NCBI GenBank assembly: GCA_002328075.1
Contig: DCVT01000022.1
Span: 9,172 to 73,171, forward strand
Direction of reading: 5' to 3'
From: Anaerolineales bacterium UBA2181
Lineage (GTDB): Bacteria; Chloroflexota; Anaerolineae; Promineifilales; UBA4811
DNA length: 64,000 nt
A program made the translations under genes and the position numbers. The notes below the pieces were generated by a model. That model was not told where the DNA came from and ran no database searches. It saw only the letters and a list, made by a program, of their open reading frames with translations. Below, in pieces: positions 37,407 through 47,605 of the stretch (its first letter is position 1; every line of letters begins with the position of its first letter).

Positions 37407-37507
37407 GCTACCCTATCCGGCCGGGTTGTCAAGAGTTGGTGCGCGTCCTCACCATCTGTTAGAATACTGCCCGTCGTAACCACCAATACGATCCAGAGGA
37501 ATGAACT

Positions 37508-38341
37508 ATGGAGTCGCCGATGATGATCACTGCCGCCGCGGTGCAGATGGCGCCCAGATTGGGCGACCTGACCCAAAACCGGAATGCCATTCTGGACTGG
37601 TTGGAGCAGGCAGCCGCGCAGGGCGCCGATCTGGTCGTCTTTCCCGAGTGCGCCCTCTCGGGGTATGTGTTCCAGAACCGCGTCGAGGGAATGGCAGCCG
37701 CCGAGCCAGTCCCGGGACCTTCCTCGGCGGCGTTGGTGCAAGCGTGTCAGGACCTGAACCTCTGTGCAGTTGTGGGTATGCTGGAGGTGGAGGGGGATGC
37801 ACTGTACAACACTGCTTTGGTGGCTGGCCAAGGCCGGATACTCGGGAGGTATCGCAAGGCGCACCTACCGTTTCTGGGTGTGGATCGGTACGCCAACCGC
37901 GGCCCCTCTTTGGACGTCGTGCGGACTCGGGCCGGAGTTCTTGGGCCGCTCATCTGTTATGACATGCGGTTTCCAGAGGCGCCTCGGGTGCTTGCGCTCC
38001 TGGGAGCAGAGATCATCGTGCATCCGACCAATTGGCCCAATTCGTCGGTCGATTTTCCCGGGTTTGTCACCAAGGCAACTGCCCGCAGTAGCCAGGTCTT
38101 TGTCATATCGGCCGACCGGGTGGGAACGGAGCGCGGCACGACCTTTCTGGGCCGAAGCCAGATCATTGCGCCCAGCGGTCAGCCCCTGGCAGAAGCTGAC
38201 GACCATAGCGAGATGATCATCACGGCCGGGTTGGAACTGGGGCTGGCTCACCGGAAAAAGCTTGTGATGGTTCCCGGCGAGTTTGAGATGGACCTGTTCG
38301 GCGACCGCCGTCCAGAGCTGTACGGGCGGTTGATGCAGTAA
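37508..38341 (+). CDS. Carbon-nitrogen hydrolase (nitrilase superfamily) amidohydrolase
   Basis: The catalytic E-K-C triad context is visible: VVFPECALSGY (Glu), YRKAHL (Lys), LICYDMRFPE (Cys). Confidence 0.85.
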   Translation: MESPMMITAAAVQMAPRLGDLTQNRNAILDWLEQAAAQGADLVVFPECALSGYVFQNRVEGMAAAEPVPGPSSAALVQACQDLNLCAVVGMLEVEGDALYNTALVAGQGRILGRYRKAHLPFLGVDRYANRGPSLDVVRTRAGVLGPLICYDMRFPEAPRVLALLGAEIIVHPTNWPNSSVDFPGFVTKATARSSQVFVISADRVGTERGTTFLGRSQIIAPSGQPLAEADDHSEMIITAGLELGLAHRKKLVMVPGEFEMDLFGDRRPELYGRLMQ

Positions 38342-38612
38342 GTTTGACGCTCGTTGGGGGGAGGTTGCTGCCCTGGCGCACTTTGCCCAAGGGGACTTGT
38401 TCGGCCGGTTTCAGCAGAGCTTTGCTCCTGTGGTCGTCAATGAACAGCGTGATCGGTCACGCCGAGCCACGGTGGCAACAAGGCCTGCGCCCAAGCAGAT
38501 TGTGGGTGCCGGCCGGTCACTGCGTCAACTGCGGAGCGGTTGGGCTTCGGCCGGTCAGCAGACGGCACCGTGCGGTGCTGTGGGCCAGCAACCGCGGGCC
38601 GCGAACGCCGAT

Positions 38613-39881
38613 CTAGCGGTCCTCCTCCCAATCGTCATCCAGATCCAGATCGTCAAAGACGTCCTCGCCGTCAGTGGTTGACGCCTCCAGCCAGTCAGAC
38701 TCTAGATATTCGTCGGACGCAACCTTGCGGATGCTGAGCGACAGCCGCCGCCGTTGGGTGTCCACACCGATGACTCGCGCCGTCACCAACTGTCCCTTTT
38801 TGAGCACGTCTCCCGGGTGGGTGATTCGTTCCTCGGAAACCTCAGAGATGTGAATAAGGCCCTCCACCTCAGCCATGGCGATCGGCCGGGCAAAAGCGCC
38901 AAACGCGGTGAGGTTGGTGATGGTGGCCTCGATCAGTTTCCCTACTGGCAACTGCTCCGCTACGGCCAACCAGGGGTCCTCATCCAGCCGTTTGATGCTC
39001 AGGCCGATGCGTTCCTGATCCGGGTCCACGCTGAGAACATAGACCTGCACCTCGTCTCCGACGCTCACCACCTCTTTCGGATGGCTGATCGGGCGCCATG
39101 AGAGCTCAGACACGTGGACCAGGCCGTCCAACCCACCCAGGTCCACAAAAGCGCCGAAATCTGCCAGGTTGCTCACCCGGCCGGTGCGAATCTGTCCTTC
39201 GTGTAGGTCGTCGAGCAATTGGGCGCGGTCGCGAGCGCGGCGCTCGCGGACAGCCGCGCGCTCTGAAAAGATCAACCGGTTCTGCTCTCTATCGACCTCG
39301 ATGACCTTGAACCAGATGGGCTTGCCGATCAACGGCGACCATCGCTCGCTGGGTGTGGCTGCGCCACCCGGGCCCTGCCGGGCGCTCTCCAACTGTGAGC
39401 TGGGCACAAAGCCCCGCAATTTCCCCAACTCCACCAACAGGCCACCCCGGTTGTACCCGACGATGGTGCTCTCCAAAGCCTGCCTGCTCTGCATCAGTGC
39501 TTCGGCCCGACGCCAATCTACCTCCTCCCGTGCTTGCTCCAACGAAAGGATCAGGTTGTGCTCTCGGTCCCGGGTGGTGACCACATAGACCAGCACCTTG
39601 GCGCCCACCGTGAGTTGGTCCCGGTCCTGGGGAGACATCGAAGCCAGTTCGCGTGGATCAATCAACCCTTCCGACTTGCCGTGGATGTCTACCAGGACGC
39701 CGTCCGGATTGACACTGACAATGATGCCGTCCAGCACGTCGCCCTGGTGGGCTACCTGCACCGCATCATGGTCGCCCAGCCAGTCCGCGGCGGGTTCGGG
39801 CGGCGGCGCCGTCCGCAGCGCGGCGTATTCCTGGGCATCGCGTGGGTCGGCCACTGTATTCGGGGTTGATTCTTCTGTCAT
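38613..39881 (-). CDS. rpsA: 30S ribosomal protein S1 (four S1 domains, acidic C-terminal tail)
   Basis: Start refined to the ATG at 39881 (SD aggag). Repeated S1 motifs (GDVLDGIIVSV..GVLVDI, G..ESTIVGYNRGGLLVEL, GQIRTGRVSNLADFGAFVDLGGLDGLVHVSE, GKLIEATITNLTAFGAFARP...GLIHISE). The tail is DDLDLDDDWEEDR. Confidence 0.85.
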   Translation of the reverse strand: MTEESTPNTVADPRDAQEYAALRTAPPPEPAADWLGDHDAVQVAHQGDVLDGIIVSVNPDGVLVDIHGKSEGLIDPRELASMSPQDRDQLTVGAKVLVYVVTTRDREHNLILSLEQAREEVDWRRAEALMQSRQALESTIVGYNRGGLLVELGKLRGFVPSSQLESARQGPGGAATPSERWSPLIGKPIWFKVIEVDREQNRLIFSERAAVRERRARDRAQLLDDLHEGQIRTGRVSNLADFGAFVDLGGLDGLVHVSELSWRPISHPKEVVSVGDEVQVYVLSVDPDQERIGLSIKRLDEDPWLAVAEQLPVGKLIEATITNLTAFGAFARPIAMAEVEGLIHISEVSEERITHPGDVLKKGQLVTARVIGVDTQRRRLSLSIRKVASDEYLESDWLEASTTDGEDVFDDLDLDDDWEEDR

Positions 39882-40460
39882 CAGGACTCCTGTGCGTTCG
39901 CCAGAGGCGGACACCGGTCGGCTGGTTACCTCGACCGACGAGCTGGCCGAAGAACTTGTGGGCGTCACGCTGTTGACCTCTAGGCATGCTTCATCACGCA
40001 TTCTATCACACGAAACCAGACTGTCAACCGGGGAGGCCGGGCAGCCGAGCGACGTCTCCAGAAAGGTTGGGGGTGGCGCCACGGGCCACTACTCGGTGGC
40101 CGGACCTGCTGAGACGCGTCGCCATCGATCTGACAAAGGGTCCGTGCCACAGGCCGGGGTGAGCGGTTGCGCCTTTGGCGGTCCGGCCGGCCACCTCCAG
40201 TCCGGTTCGGCACGATTTCCCCCGCCGGGACGTCAGATAGCGCCCAAGAGCATGGGTTGTTCAACGCGAGAGCAGAGCACCACGTCTCCGACCTGGGCCG
40301 TGGCCGAACTCGCAAACCTGACGAGATGGCTTTCAACCGCCACGCGGGTCGGGTACGAGGCAGTCGGTGCCGGAAGGGGCGTATCCGGAGGCGGTCATTT
40401 CTGCGACGAGTTGAATAACATTGGCGTGGCTGCCGCACCCGCCCCGGTCGTCGACAGGCC

Positions 40461-41339
40461 TCAAGGGCGGCTGGCCGGCGCCAGAGCCATGAACCCGGCC
40501 AGCATATCGGCCCCGGAGGTTGCGCCCAGCCTCATTACCGACTGGACGGCCGTCTTGACCCGCGCCGTTCCCGAAGCCAGCTCGGCCAGGAGCCGGTGCC
40601 ACGCCGGGGTGCATTCACCGGCCGCGGCCGCCTGCAGCCACGCGGCCGATAGCATGGTGGTGCGCGGAGCGGCCGCCACAGCGATCGGTTGGCAAAAAGC
40701 CGTCGGGTCGGGGTGGGCCAACCACGCGGCCAGCATGGCGCCGCACAGATAGTCGTCCCCGGCCGGCGTGAGGCCGGGTCCCCACCCGGCCAACTGCTCC
40801 GCGGCCCAATGCAGGCCGGTCAAGTCACCCGCCCAACCGGCCCGCAGCGCAACAACTGCGTTCGCCAGCCGTTGGGCGCGGTTGCTTACCACATGGTCGT
40901 CAATCGCTGCCTGACCCGTTACTGCCAGAAGGCTCCCGGCGGGGGCCAGAGCGATGAACCGCTTGTCCGTTCCCAGGTGCGCCCACATTCTCGCCTGCAG
41001 CGGGCGCAGCCTTTCCCAACCTGGCCGGGGTTCCCAGGCGGTGGCCCCTGACAGGTCCACGACCATTGGACCGGTGCGCAAACAGTCCGGCGTGGCCTCG
41101 GCTGGCGTGTTCGGCTCCGCCAACTGGAAGGGAAGCATGCTATGGGTCGGCGCCAGCACGATGTTGAGCGGACCGTCCCCCACTGCGGAACTGACCAGCG
41201 CGATGACTTGGCCCGATGACCCGACCAGGTTGCAGGCCTGTTCAAACGCCGCCAGCACGCGCCAATCGTTTGCCGACCGGGTGGCAAGCTGTTCACGAAC
41301 GGGCCGGCTGACCGACCGCGCCGCCAGGTACCAGGTCAT
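40461..41339 (-). CDS. Hypothetical protein, DUF2877/AllH-like (tentative)
   Basis: Start at the ATG at 41339 overlaps the IMPase stop (ATGA). It contains GWGPGLTPAGDDYLCGAMLAAW, which I associate with the G-x-G-x-G-L-T-P-x-G-D-D motif of DUF2877. This assignment is from memory and needs an HMM check. Confidence 0.55.
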   Translation of the reverse strand: MTWYLAARSVSRPVREQLATRSANDWRVLAAFEQACNLVGSSGQVIALVSSAVGDGPLNIVLAPTHSMLPFQLAEPNTPAEATPDCLRTGPMVVDLSGATAWEPRPGWERLRPLQARMWAHLGTDKRFIALAPAGSLLAVTGQAAIDDHVVSNRAQRLANAVVALRAGWAGDLTGLHWAAEQLAGWGPGLTPAGDDYLCGAMLAAWLAHPDPTAFCQPIAVAAAPRTTMLSAAWLQAAAAGECTPAWHRLLAELASGTARVKTAVQSVMRLGATSGADMLAGFMALAPASRP

Positions 41340-42103
41340 GTCATCAGGCGCATCACGTCCGGAAAGAGCAACCCGTTGGTGCCGATGGCGGAACCGGTCC
41401 ATATCGTAGGGTTGCCTTGCCAGTCGGTCAGGGTACCGCCCGCCTCTTCCAGGATCACCTGCAGCGGGGCGCTGTCCCACACCGCCATGGCCGGGTCCAC
41501 CATGATCTCGGCCCGGCCGGTGGCCACTAACGCATAGCCGTAAGCGTCACCCCAGGTTCGCTGAATGTAGGTCGCGTCGCGCAGACGCTCCCACGCCTCG
41601 GCCTGACCCGGTTTTTCCATCTGGTTCAGGCAGGTGATCAGCGCCACTGCCTGGCCAAGATCGCTCACGGCCGAGACCCGCGCACGCCGGCCGTTCCAGA
41701 AGCAGCCGGCGCCGGCGGCCGCGTAGACGGTTTCGCCCAGCGCAGGCAGGTGAATGACGCCCACCACCGGCCGTTGCGTCTGCCCGTCAACCAGGGCCAG
41801 CAGCGTTGCATACAGGGGCACGCCACAGACAAAGGACCGGGTACCATCGATCGGGTCTATGACCCAGGTGAGACCGGTCAGGTCGCCCTGTTGCCCGTAC
41901 TCCTCGCCGATGATGGCATGGTCGGGCCATCGCTGCGATATTCGCCGGCGTATCTCCCCTTCCGACTCCCGGTCGGCTGCGGTCACGGGCGTATTGTCTG
42001 GCTTGCGGTCCTCGGCCAGCGGGCGCTGAAAATAGCCCAGGGTGATCCGGCCGGCCGCCCAGGTGGCCTCCAGGGCGAACTCAAGGTAGGGTCGCAGGTC
42101 CAT
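41336..42103 (-). CDS. Inositol monophosphatase family phosphatase (SuhB/HisN-like)
   Basis: EE..G (IIGEEYG), WVIDPIDGTRSF and WDSAP motifs characteristic of the IMPase/FBPase fold. Confidence 0.85.
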   Translation of the reverse strand: MDLRPYLEFALEATWAAGRITLGYFQRPLAEDRKPDNTPVTAADRESEGEIRRRISQRWPDHAIIGEEYGQQGDLTGLTWVIDPIDGTRSFVCGVPLYATLLALVDGQTQRPVVGVIHLPALGETVYAAAGAGCFWNGRRARVSAVSDLGQAVALITCLNQMEKPGQAEAWERLRDATYIQRTWGDAYGYALVATGRAEIMVDPAMAVWDSAPLQVILEEAGGTLTDWQGNPTIWTGSAIGTNGLLFPDVMRLMT

Positions 42104-42112
42104 GATCGTTTT

Positions 42113-43477
42113 TCACGCCTCACGCTCGGCTAACTCGTGCAGCATTGCCCGGTGATAGTCCCGGGATATGGGGTAGCGCCAGGCAAAAAGTATAGAGAGC
42201 GCCAGCAGGATCGCCGGCACCAGGCCGACAAACATCCTAATTGCCTGCACTGCGCTCGCGGGTTGGACGGGAAGCGGTACCCCGGCCAGAGGGGTGATGT
42301 ACCCGGTACGGGCCAGCGCCTGGCCCATGGCCCAGATCGCCAGGCCGGTGCCCAGTTTCTGGAAAAAGGAGGCAAATGCATAATAGGACCCTTCCCGCCG
42401 CTGTCCGGTCTCAAGCTGGTCGTGTTCGATGATGTCCGGCAGCATGGACCAGGGGACCACATAGGCAGTGGCTATCCCCAACCCGGAGAGCGCCGCCAGA
42501 AGGTAGCCCAGCGCCACCTGGTCGGGCCTGAGACCGGCGATGAACAGGAGAACGACCATCCAACTGGCGGTGCCGATCACGAACGCGCGCCTCTTGTCCA
42601 ACCGTCGCGCCAGCCAGACGACAATAGGGATGAAAGCGATGGCCGAACCCTGGGCCACCAACACGAAATAGTTGGCCTGCTCGGGTACCCGCAGATGGTA
42701 GCTGGCAAAGTAGACCAGCACCGCCGAGAGGATGCTAGCGGTTGTCCAACTCAGGAGGTAAAGGCCCATGACAAGCCGAAAAGGTCGGTTGCGCAGCGTG
42801 TACGCCAAGGCCTGCCGGAACGCAAGCGGCCGTTGCGGCGCCGTGGCGGTGAGTCCTCGCGTCACCCGAAAAACGATCAGGGGAGGAACGATGGAAACCA
42901 GGCCGAGCGCGACCCCCACCAATGCATATAGCAGGCGGCGGTCGGTGATGTACCAACCCAACACAGTGGCCAGGATGATGGCGCCCAGCGTGCCAGCGAT
43001 GGAAAACACCATGCGGTAGCCATTCAGTGCGCTTCTCTCGTCGTAATCTGCTGTCAGTTCGGGCGTCAGTGCGTTGTAACCCACATGGACCGCGGTGAAA
43101 GCGGTGTCGAACAGGATAAAGGTCACAGCATAGTACAAGGTGAGTCCCACGGGGTCCAACGGCGGGACCAGCCACATGAGCATGAAAGCCAGACCCAGCG
43201 GCGCCGCGCCAAATAGCAGCAGGACCCGGCGCCGGCCCCAGCGGCTGCGTATACGGTCAGAGAGCAGGCCAAACAGCGGGTCGTTGACGGCGTCCCACAC
43301 CCTGCCGGCCGCGACGGCCCAGGCGGCATAGTCCGGCCGAAGCCCGGCGACGTCGGTCAGAAAATAGAGCTGGAAGAACATGATGATGGCCAGCGGGATG
43401 CTGGTGCTCAGATCGCCGGTGCTGAAAAGCACTTTGAGTCGAACGGGCAATCGGACCGACGGGGTTGTGGCGCTCAT
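42113..43477 (-). CDS. MFS transporter of the glycoside-pentoside-hexuronide (GPH) cation symporter type
   Basis: Start refined to the ATG at 43477 (SD aggag). WDAVNDPLFGLLSDRIRSRWGRRR is the GPH signature (D-x-x-x-D-P-x-x-G-x-x-S-D-R). 12 TM. Confidence 0.8.
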   Translation of the reverse strand: MSATTPSVRLPVRLKVLFSTGDLSTSIPLAIIMFFQLYFLTDVAGLRPDYAAWAVAAGRVWDAVNDPLFGLLSDRIRSRWGRRRVLLLFGAAPLGLAFMLMWLVPPLDPVGLTLYYAVTFILFDTAFTAVHVGYNALTPELTADYDERSALNGYRMVFSIAGTLGAIILATVLGWYITDRRLLYALVGVALGLVSIVPPLIVFRVTRGLTATAPQRPLAFRQALAYTLRNRPFRLVMGLYLLSWTTASILSAVLVYFASYHLRVPEQANYFVLVAQGSAIAFIPIVVWLARRLDKRRAFVIGTASWMVVLLFIAGLRPDQVALGYLLAALSGLGIATAYVVPWSMLPDIIEHDQLETGQRREGSYYAFASFFQKLGTGLAIWAMGQALARTGYITPLAGVPLPVQPASAVQAIRMFVGLVPAILLALSILFAWRYPISRDYHRAMLHELAEREA

Positions 43478-43485
43478 GGCATCTC

Positions 43486-46035
43486 CTAATCCGTTTCCGG
43501 GTTGGGTGTACAATTCACCAGTGATAGGGGAAAGACGTCCAGCATGACCGCCGCCTGCAGGTTTTTGGGCAGTCGGGTGCCGGCCGGAATGCAAAGACTG
43601 GCGGAGGTCAACTGGCCGCGATCATCCGCCGTGGCGGAAAGGTTGGCATGGTAATCCAGAGGGACTGCCTCGGTGCGGTCCCCGTCAAGCAGCAACAATG
43701 CCGGCCGGTGTTCCTCCAGCGGGTATTCGAAGCCGGGTTGCAGGGCAAACGTGGCTGATGCCTGGCCATCGCGATGGCGTTTGGGCGCAGTGAATGAAAA
43801 GCCAGCAAGATCGACGCCGGCCGGCCGGCGGTTCGCAGGGCCGGTGGGGTCATACCGGCGGGAGAGGTAGGTTCCCTTCGCCACCAGCTTTTTCCAGCCT
43901 CGGTTGGCCAACCCCGCCAGGACCAACAGGGGGCCGAAGGTAGGAATGGAGAGCACCCGGGTCTCGGCATACGCCGTCGCACCCCGGCCGACGCTCAGGT
44001 CAGAACCCAATGTGCCGCGCAGTTCGAAAAGATCAAATGGAATCGGAATACCGGTGATTTTCATGGAAAAGCGCCGGTTGGTTACGATGAACGAACTACG
44101 GCGAAAGCGGCCGGAGAGCGGTAACGCGAAATCTGACCGCGGGTCCGCCACGAGCGTGCCCTCCTGATTACGCCGGCCGCCGATGGCCCACAGAACGCAG
44201 CGCCCCTCGGCCGACACGGCGACCGTCCCGATGATCCAGTCCATGTAGTCGAACCCGATCTGGTTCAGGCTGGGCAGCATCGTGGGGATCGGAACGGCCA
44301 ATCGCGTCCATTCGATGGCGCTGACCTGGTCTTCACCCACCACCAGCGGCCAGTCCTCAGGCACTGCCTCGACCTGCAGCGGCAAGGTGGCAGACACCTT
44401 ACCGCAGCGGCGGCCGCCGATGGTGAGGTTGCCTATGGAGAGCCCGCCCCGATATAGACGAGCAGCCAACCGGAGCGTATAGCGGAAGCCAGACCGCAGC
44501 ATGTCCTCCGGGATCAGGTGAAAGTAGCGCCCGCCGGCCGAGGTCTCCAGCCTGAACTCGAAGGGCGGCTCGGCCAGGACCTCCAGGGCAGAACCGGGTC
44601 GGGGCAAGGGGCTATCGTGGAGGTGAGCCCGTTGGCGGGCACCGGCGCGGGGCGCCAGCAATTCGAACGTGAGGACCGTGGCCGGGCAGACCAGCGGGGT
44701 GGCGGAACGGTCGCGGTTGCCGCCGGGCGTCAAGAAACAGAACGTCGCCGCCGTTGCCTGACCGGTTTCACCGCGGGAGGTCTCGCCTCGTGGGTCTGGC
44801 ACGTGCAGTGGGTAGTCGTACGGGATGTAGAAGAGCTGGCCATGCTCCCCGCCAATGTACACACCGGTTTCCCCCAGTGCCGGAGACCCGTTCAGGTCGT
44901 TGCGGTCGCGCAGTTCGGCCTGGTCCGGTGTGGTGTCAAAGGACCAGCGGAAACTACCATCGACCGCATGTATGGCGTACAGCCGGCCGTTGCCGCAGCC
45001 AACATAGACCAGGTTGCCCGCCTGTCCCGGCGGCATCCGGCCGACGACTGGTGACGACCGGATGGGCGCCCCGGCGTCAAAGGACCACTGGAGGCGGCCC
45101 GCCGGGTCCAAAGCGTAGAGGACACCATCCGTGGAGCCAACGAAGATGGCGGTGGTTCGGCCATCCGACCCTTCGGACAGGGCGGCCGAAGCATAGATAT
45201 GGTCGCCGGTTTTGAACTTCCAGCGGATCCGGCCGGTCTCGGGATCCAGTGCATAGATGTGGCTGTCAAAGGAGCCGATGTAGACCGCGCCGTCGGAGCC
45301 GATGGCGGCCGAGGCTGCCACAAAGCCGAGGGTGCGGCGGCTCCATTTTTCACGCCCGTCCGGCCGCACAGCGCGCACCCGCGCGTCACACCCGCCCCAG
45401 AAGATGGTGCCGTCGGAGCCGAAAGCCGCATTGGACCAGCAGTTTGATCCGGTCGGGTAGGTCCAGCTCAAGTTCCCATCCGGCGACAGCGCGTAATAGT
45501 TGAAATTCGTGTTGCCGGCGTACAGCGTGCCGTCAGGTCCCACTGCAACGTTGCCTTCGAACCAGTTGTTGTAGCTGGCTCGTGGTGCCTGACGGGCGTC
45601 GAACACCCACAAAAGGGAGCCATCGAGCGTGGCCAGGCAGCGGAGGAAGCCGTCCCCGGAAGGCAAGACAACGGCTGGTTGGCCCACCCGCTCGGCATCC
45701 AGCAACGCGGCTGCCGAGTCAATGATCTCTCCAGTTCGATACTCCCACTGTAGCGATCCCTGGCGAGCGAGGGCATAAAAGATGTGGTCGGCCGAGCCGA
45801 AATAGATGCTTCCGTGACCGTCCAACACGGGGGTGGAAAAGATGCCCTTGCCGGTCTGAAACGACCAGGGCTGGTCTCCGTGGTAGGCAGCCGGCAGCGG
45901 GCTGTTTCCGCTGTTCCGATGGTCGCGCCGGAACGTCGGCCAGGGAGAGTCGGGCTGCGCCGGCACCTGGTATCCGTAGGAACGACGTGAGGCCGGCGTA
46001 CGAGAGATGGGATCAGAGGGGCTATCTGTAGCCAA
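43486..46035 (-). CDS. PQQ-like (BamB-type) beta-propeller repeat protein with ~450-aa C-terminal region of unknown function; no signal peptide seen
   Basis: The N-terminal ~400 aa contain repeated ...G.IY.GS.D...YAL...G...W blades (GSIYFGSADHIFYALARQGSLQW, GTLYAGNTNFNYYALSPDGNLSW, GAVYIGSFDSHIYALDPETGRIRW, IFVGSTDGVLYALDPAGRLQW, VYVGCGNGRLYAIHAVDGSFRW). I recognise no domain in the C-terminal half. Confidence 0.75.
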   Translation of the reverse strand: MATDSPSDPISRTPASRRSYGYQVPAQPDSPWPTFRRDHRNSGNSPLPAAYHGDQPWSFQTGKGIFSTPVLDGHGSIYFGSADHIFYALARQGSLQWEYRTGEIIDSAAALLDAERVGQPAVVLPSGDGFLRCLATLDGSLLWVFDARQAPRASYNNWFEGNVAVGPDGTLYAGNTNFNYYALSPDGNLSWTYPTGSNCWSNAAFGSDGTIFWGGCDARVRAVRPDGREKWSRRTLGFVAASAAIGSDGAVYIGSFDSHIYALDPETGRIRWKFKTGDHIYASAALSEGSDGRTTAIFVGSTDGVLYALDPAGRLQWSFDAGAPIRSSPVVGRMPPGQAGNLVYVGCGNGRLYAIHAVDGSFRWSFDTTPDQAELRDRNDLNGSPALGETGVYIGGEHGQLFYIPYDYPLHVPDPRGETSRGETGQATAATFCFLTPGGNRDRSATPLVCPATVLTFELLAPRAGARQRAHLHDSPLPRPGSALEVLAEPPFEFRLETSAGGRYFHLIPEDMLRSGFRYTLRLAARLYRGGLSIGNLTIGGRRCGKVSATLPLQVEAVPEDWPLVVGEDQVSAIEWTRLAVPIPTMLPSLNQIGFDYMDWIIGTVAVSAEGRCVLWAIGGRRNQEGTLVADPRSDFALPLSGRFRRSSFIVTNRRFSMKITGIPIPFDLFELRGTLGSDLSVGRGATAYAETRVLSIPTFGPLLVLAGLANRGWKKLVAKGTYLSRRYDPTGPANRRPAGVDLAGFSFTAPKRHRDGQASATFALQPGFEYPLEEHRPALLLLDGDRTEAVPLDYHANLSATADDRGQLTSASLCIPAGTRLPKNLQAAVMLDVFPLSLVNCTPNPETD

Positions 46036-46201
46036 GTGCTGCTCCTTGTTGGCCGATGCATCCTATCACACGGGCAAAAGGCTGTCAACCGGCCGCACAG
46101 ACCCGGTTTGACTCGCTCATCGTTGTGGTCTAGAATCGCTGTGGCAATCAGCCGCGCGGCTTGCTCCGAGCGGCTGCCCGGGTCGGAGTGAGGATACAAA
46201 G

Positions 46202-46762
46202 GTGCAGATTGAGGAATGCGTCAACCTGTTGCTCACCGTAGGTGCGTTGAAACGTTTGCCGCGCACTGGATGGCGTCTGGCGGGCATTGAGAATTGCGAA
46301 AGCGTCGCCGACCACAGCTTTCGCGTGGCCATAGTGGCCCTGCTGTTAGGCGACTTGGTTCCTGGGGTCAACCGGGAACGGTTACTTCGGATGGCACTGG
46401 TTCATGAACTGCCGGAAAGCCTGATCACTGACCTGCCGTGGTCGTCGGTAAATCACCTAGGCAAGGAGGCCAAGCAACAGGCTGAACGGTCTGCTTTTCG
46501 CGCGCTGGCAACCGCCGGCACGCCAGCGGATGACTGGCGTGCCCTGTGGGAGGAGTTTGAAGCCGGCCATACTGCCGAGGCTCGCCTGGCTCGCGCCGCC
46601 GACCGGCTGGAACTGCTGCTGCAGGCATATGAATACGAGCGGACGGGCTACCGGGACCTGGACAGCTTTTGGCGCCTGGGCGACCGCGACCACCAAGGGT
46701 TTGAGGTAGTAGGCCGGCTGTTCGAGGAGTTGGCGCATCGCCGTTCCGCGCTGGGGCAGTGA
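46202..46762 (+). CDS. HD-domain phosphohydrolase (YfbR-like 5'-deoxynucleotidase family)
   Basis: GTG start. LKRLPRTGW...ESVADHSFRVAIVALLL...ALVHELPESLITDLP carries the H...HD...D metal motif of the HD_3/YfbR type. Confidence 0.8.
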   Translation: MQIEECVNLLLTVGALKRLPRTGWRLAGIENCESVADHSFRVAIVALLLGDLVPGVNRERLLRMALVHELPESLITDLPWSSVNHLGKEAKQQAERSAFRALATAGTPADDWRALWEEFEAGHTAEARLARAADRLELLLQAYEYERTGYRDLDSFWRLGDRDHQGFEVVGRLFEELAHRRSALGQ

Positions 46763-46825
46763 CGTGCTGGCCGTCGCGGCTGCCGGGGGTTGGATCACCA
46801 CGAGTGCGGAAGGAAAGGGACAACG

Positions 46826-47593
46826 ATGACAGCGCTTGCCGATACTCCGTTGATGGCTCAGATGCGGCAGCATCGGTCGATCCGGCAGTTCAGGCCCGAT
46901 CCGCTTCCAGAGGGAGTGTTAGAGTCCCTGGTGAGCGCCGGCCAAGCTGCCTCCACCTCATCATTTATGCAGCAATACAGTGTCATTGCGGTGCAGGATG
47001 CGGCACGGAAGGAGCGTCTGGCGCGCTTGTGCGGCAATCAAGAACAAATCCGCCAGTGCCCGGTTTTTCTGGCTTTTTGCGCGGACCTGCACCGCCTGCG
47101 GCTGATCTGCGAGGGGGAGGGCACGCAGATACAGACGCGCTACGTGGAGGCCTTTCTGACGGCTGTGGTGGACGCAGTGCTGGTCGCGCAAAATGTGGCA
47201 CTGGCGGCCGAAAGTATGGGCCTGGGGATCGTTTACATCGGGGCCCTCCGCAACCACCCGGCGGAGATCGTGGTGGAGCTAGCGCTCCCGGATCTGGTCT
47301 TTGCGGTCACCGGAATGTGCCTGGGTTACCCGGAAGAGGACCCGGCCCTCAAGCCACGGATTCCCCTGCCGGCCGTGTTGTTCCGGGAGCAGTACTCGGA
47401 CGATGAGGTGCGCACCCACCTGGACGCGTACGATGTCCAGATCAAGGGGCTGCAGATGTTCCGCCGGGCGGAGACCGGCGAGGTGTACGGCTGGATGGCC
47501 CGCGCCGCGCGCCGGATGGCGTACACTGATCCGAAACAACTCCGGGTAGCCGTGGGCCAGGTCCTGCGCAGTCAGGGATTCCTGCTGGAGTGA
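46826..47593 (+). CDS. NADPH-dependent nitroreductase (NfsA-like)
   Basis: Start refined to ATG 46826. HRSIRQFRPDPLPEGVLESLVSAGQAASTSSFMQQYSVIAV is the NfsA-family FMN-binding N-terminus. Confidence 0.8.
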   Translation: MTALADTPLMAQMRQHRSIRQFRPDPLPEGVLESLVSAGQAASTSSFMQQYSVIAVQDAARKERLARLCGNQEQIRQCPVFLAFCADLHRLRLICEGEGTQIQTRYVEAFLTAVVDAVLVAQNVALAAESMGLGIVYIGALRNHPAEIVVELALPDLVFAVTGMCLGYPEEDPALKPRIPLPAVLFREQYSDDEVRTHLDAYDVQIKGLQMFRRAETGEVYGWMARAARRMAYTDPKQLRVAVGQVLRSQGFLLE

Positions 47594-47605
47594 CGAAAGG
47601 ACAGC

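Noticed and set aside
39598-40752. 384-aa + strand ORF overlapping rpsA and the DUF2877-like gene
   Set aside because: It is Ser/Ala/Arg-rich and low in complexity. It spans two well-supported minus-strand genes and the gap between them.
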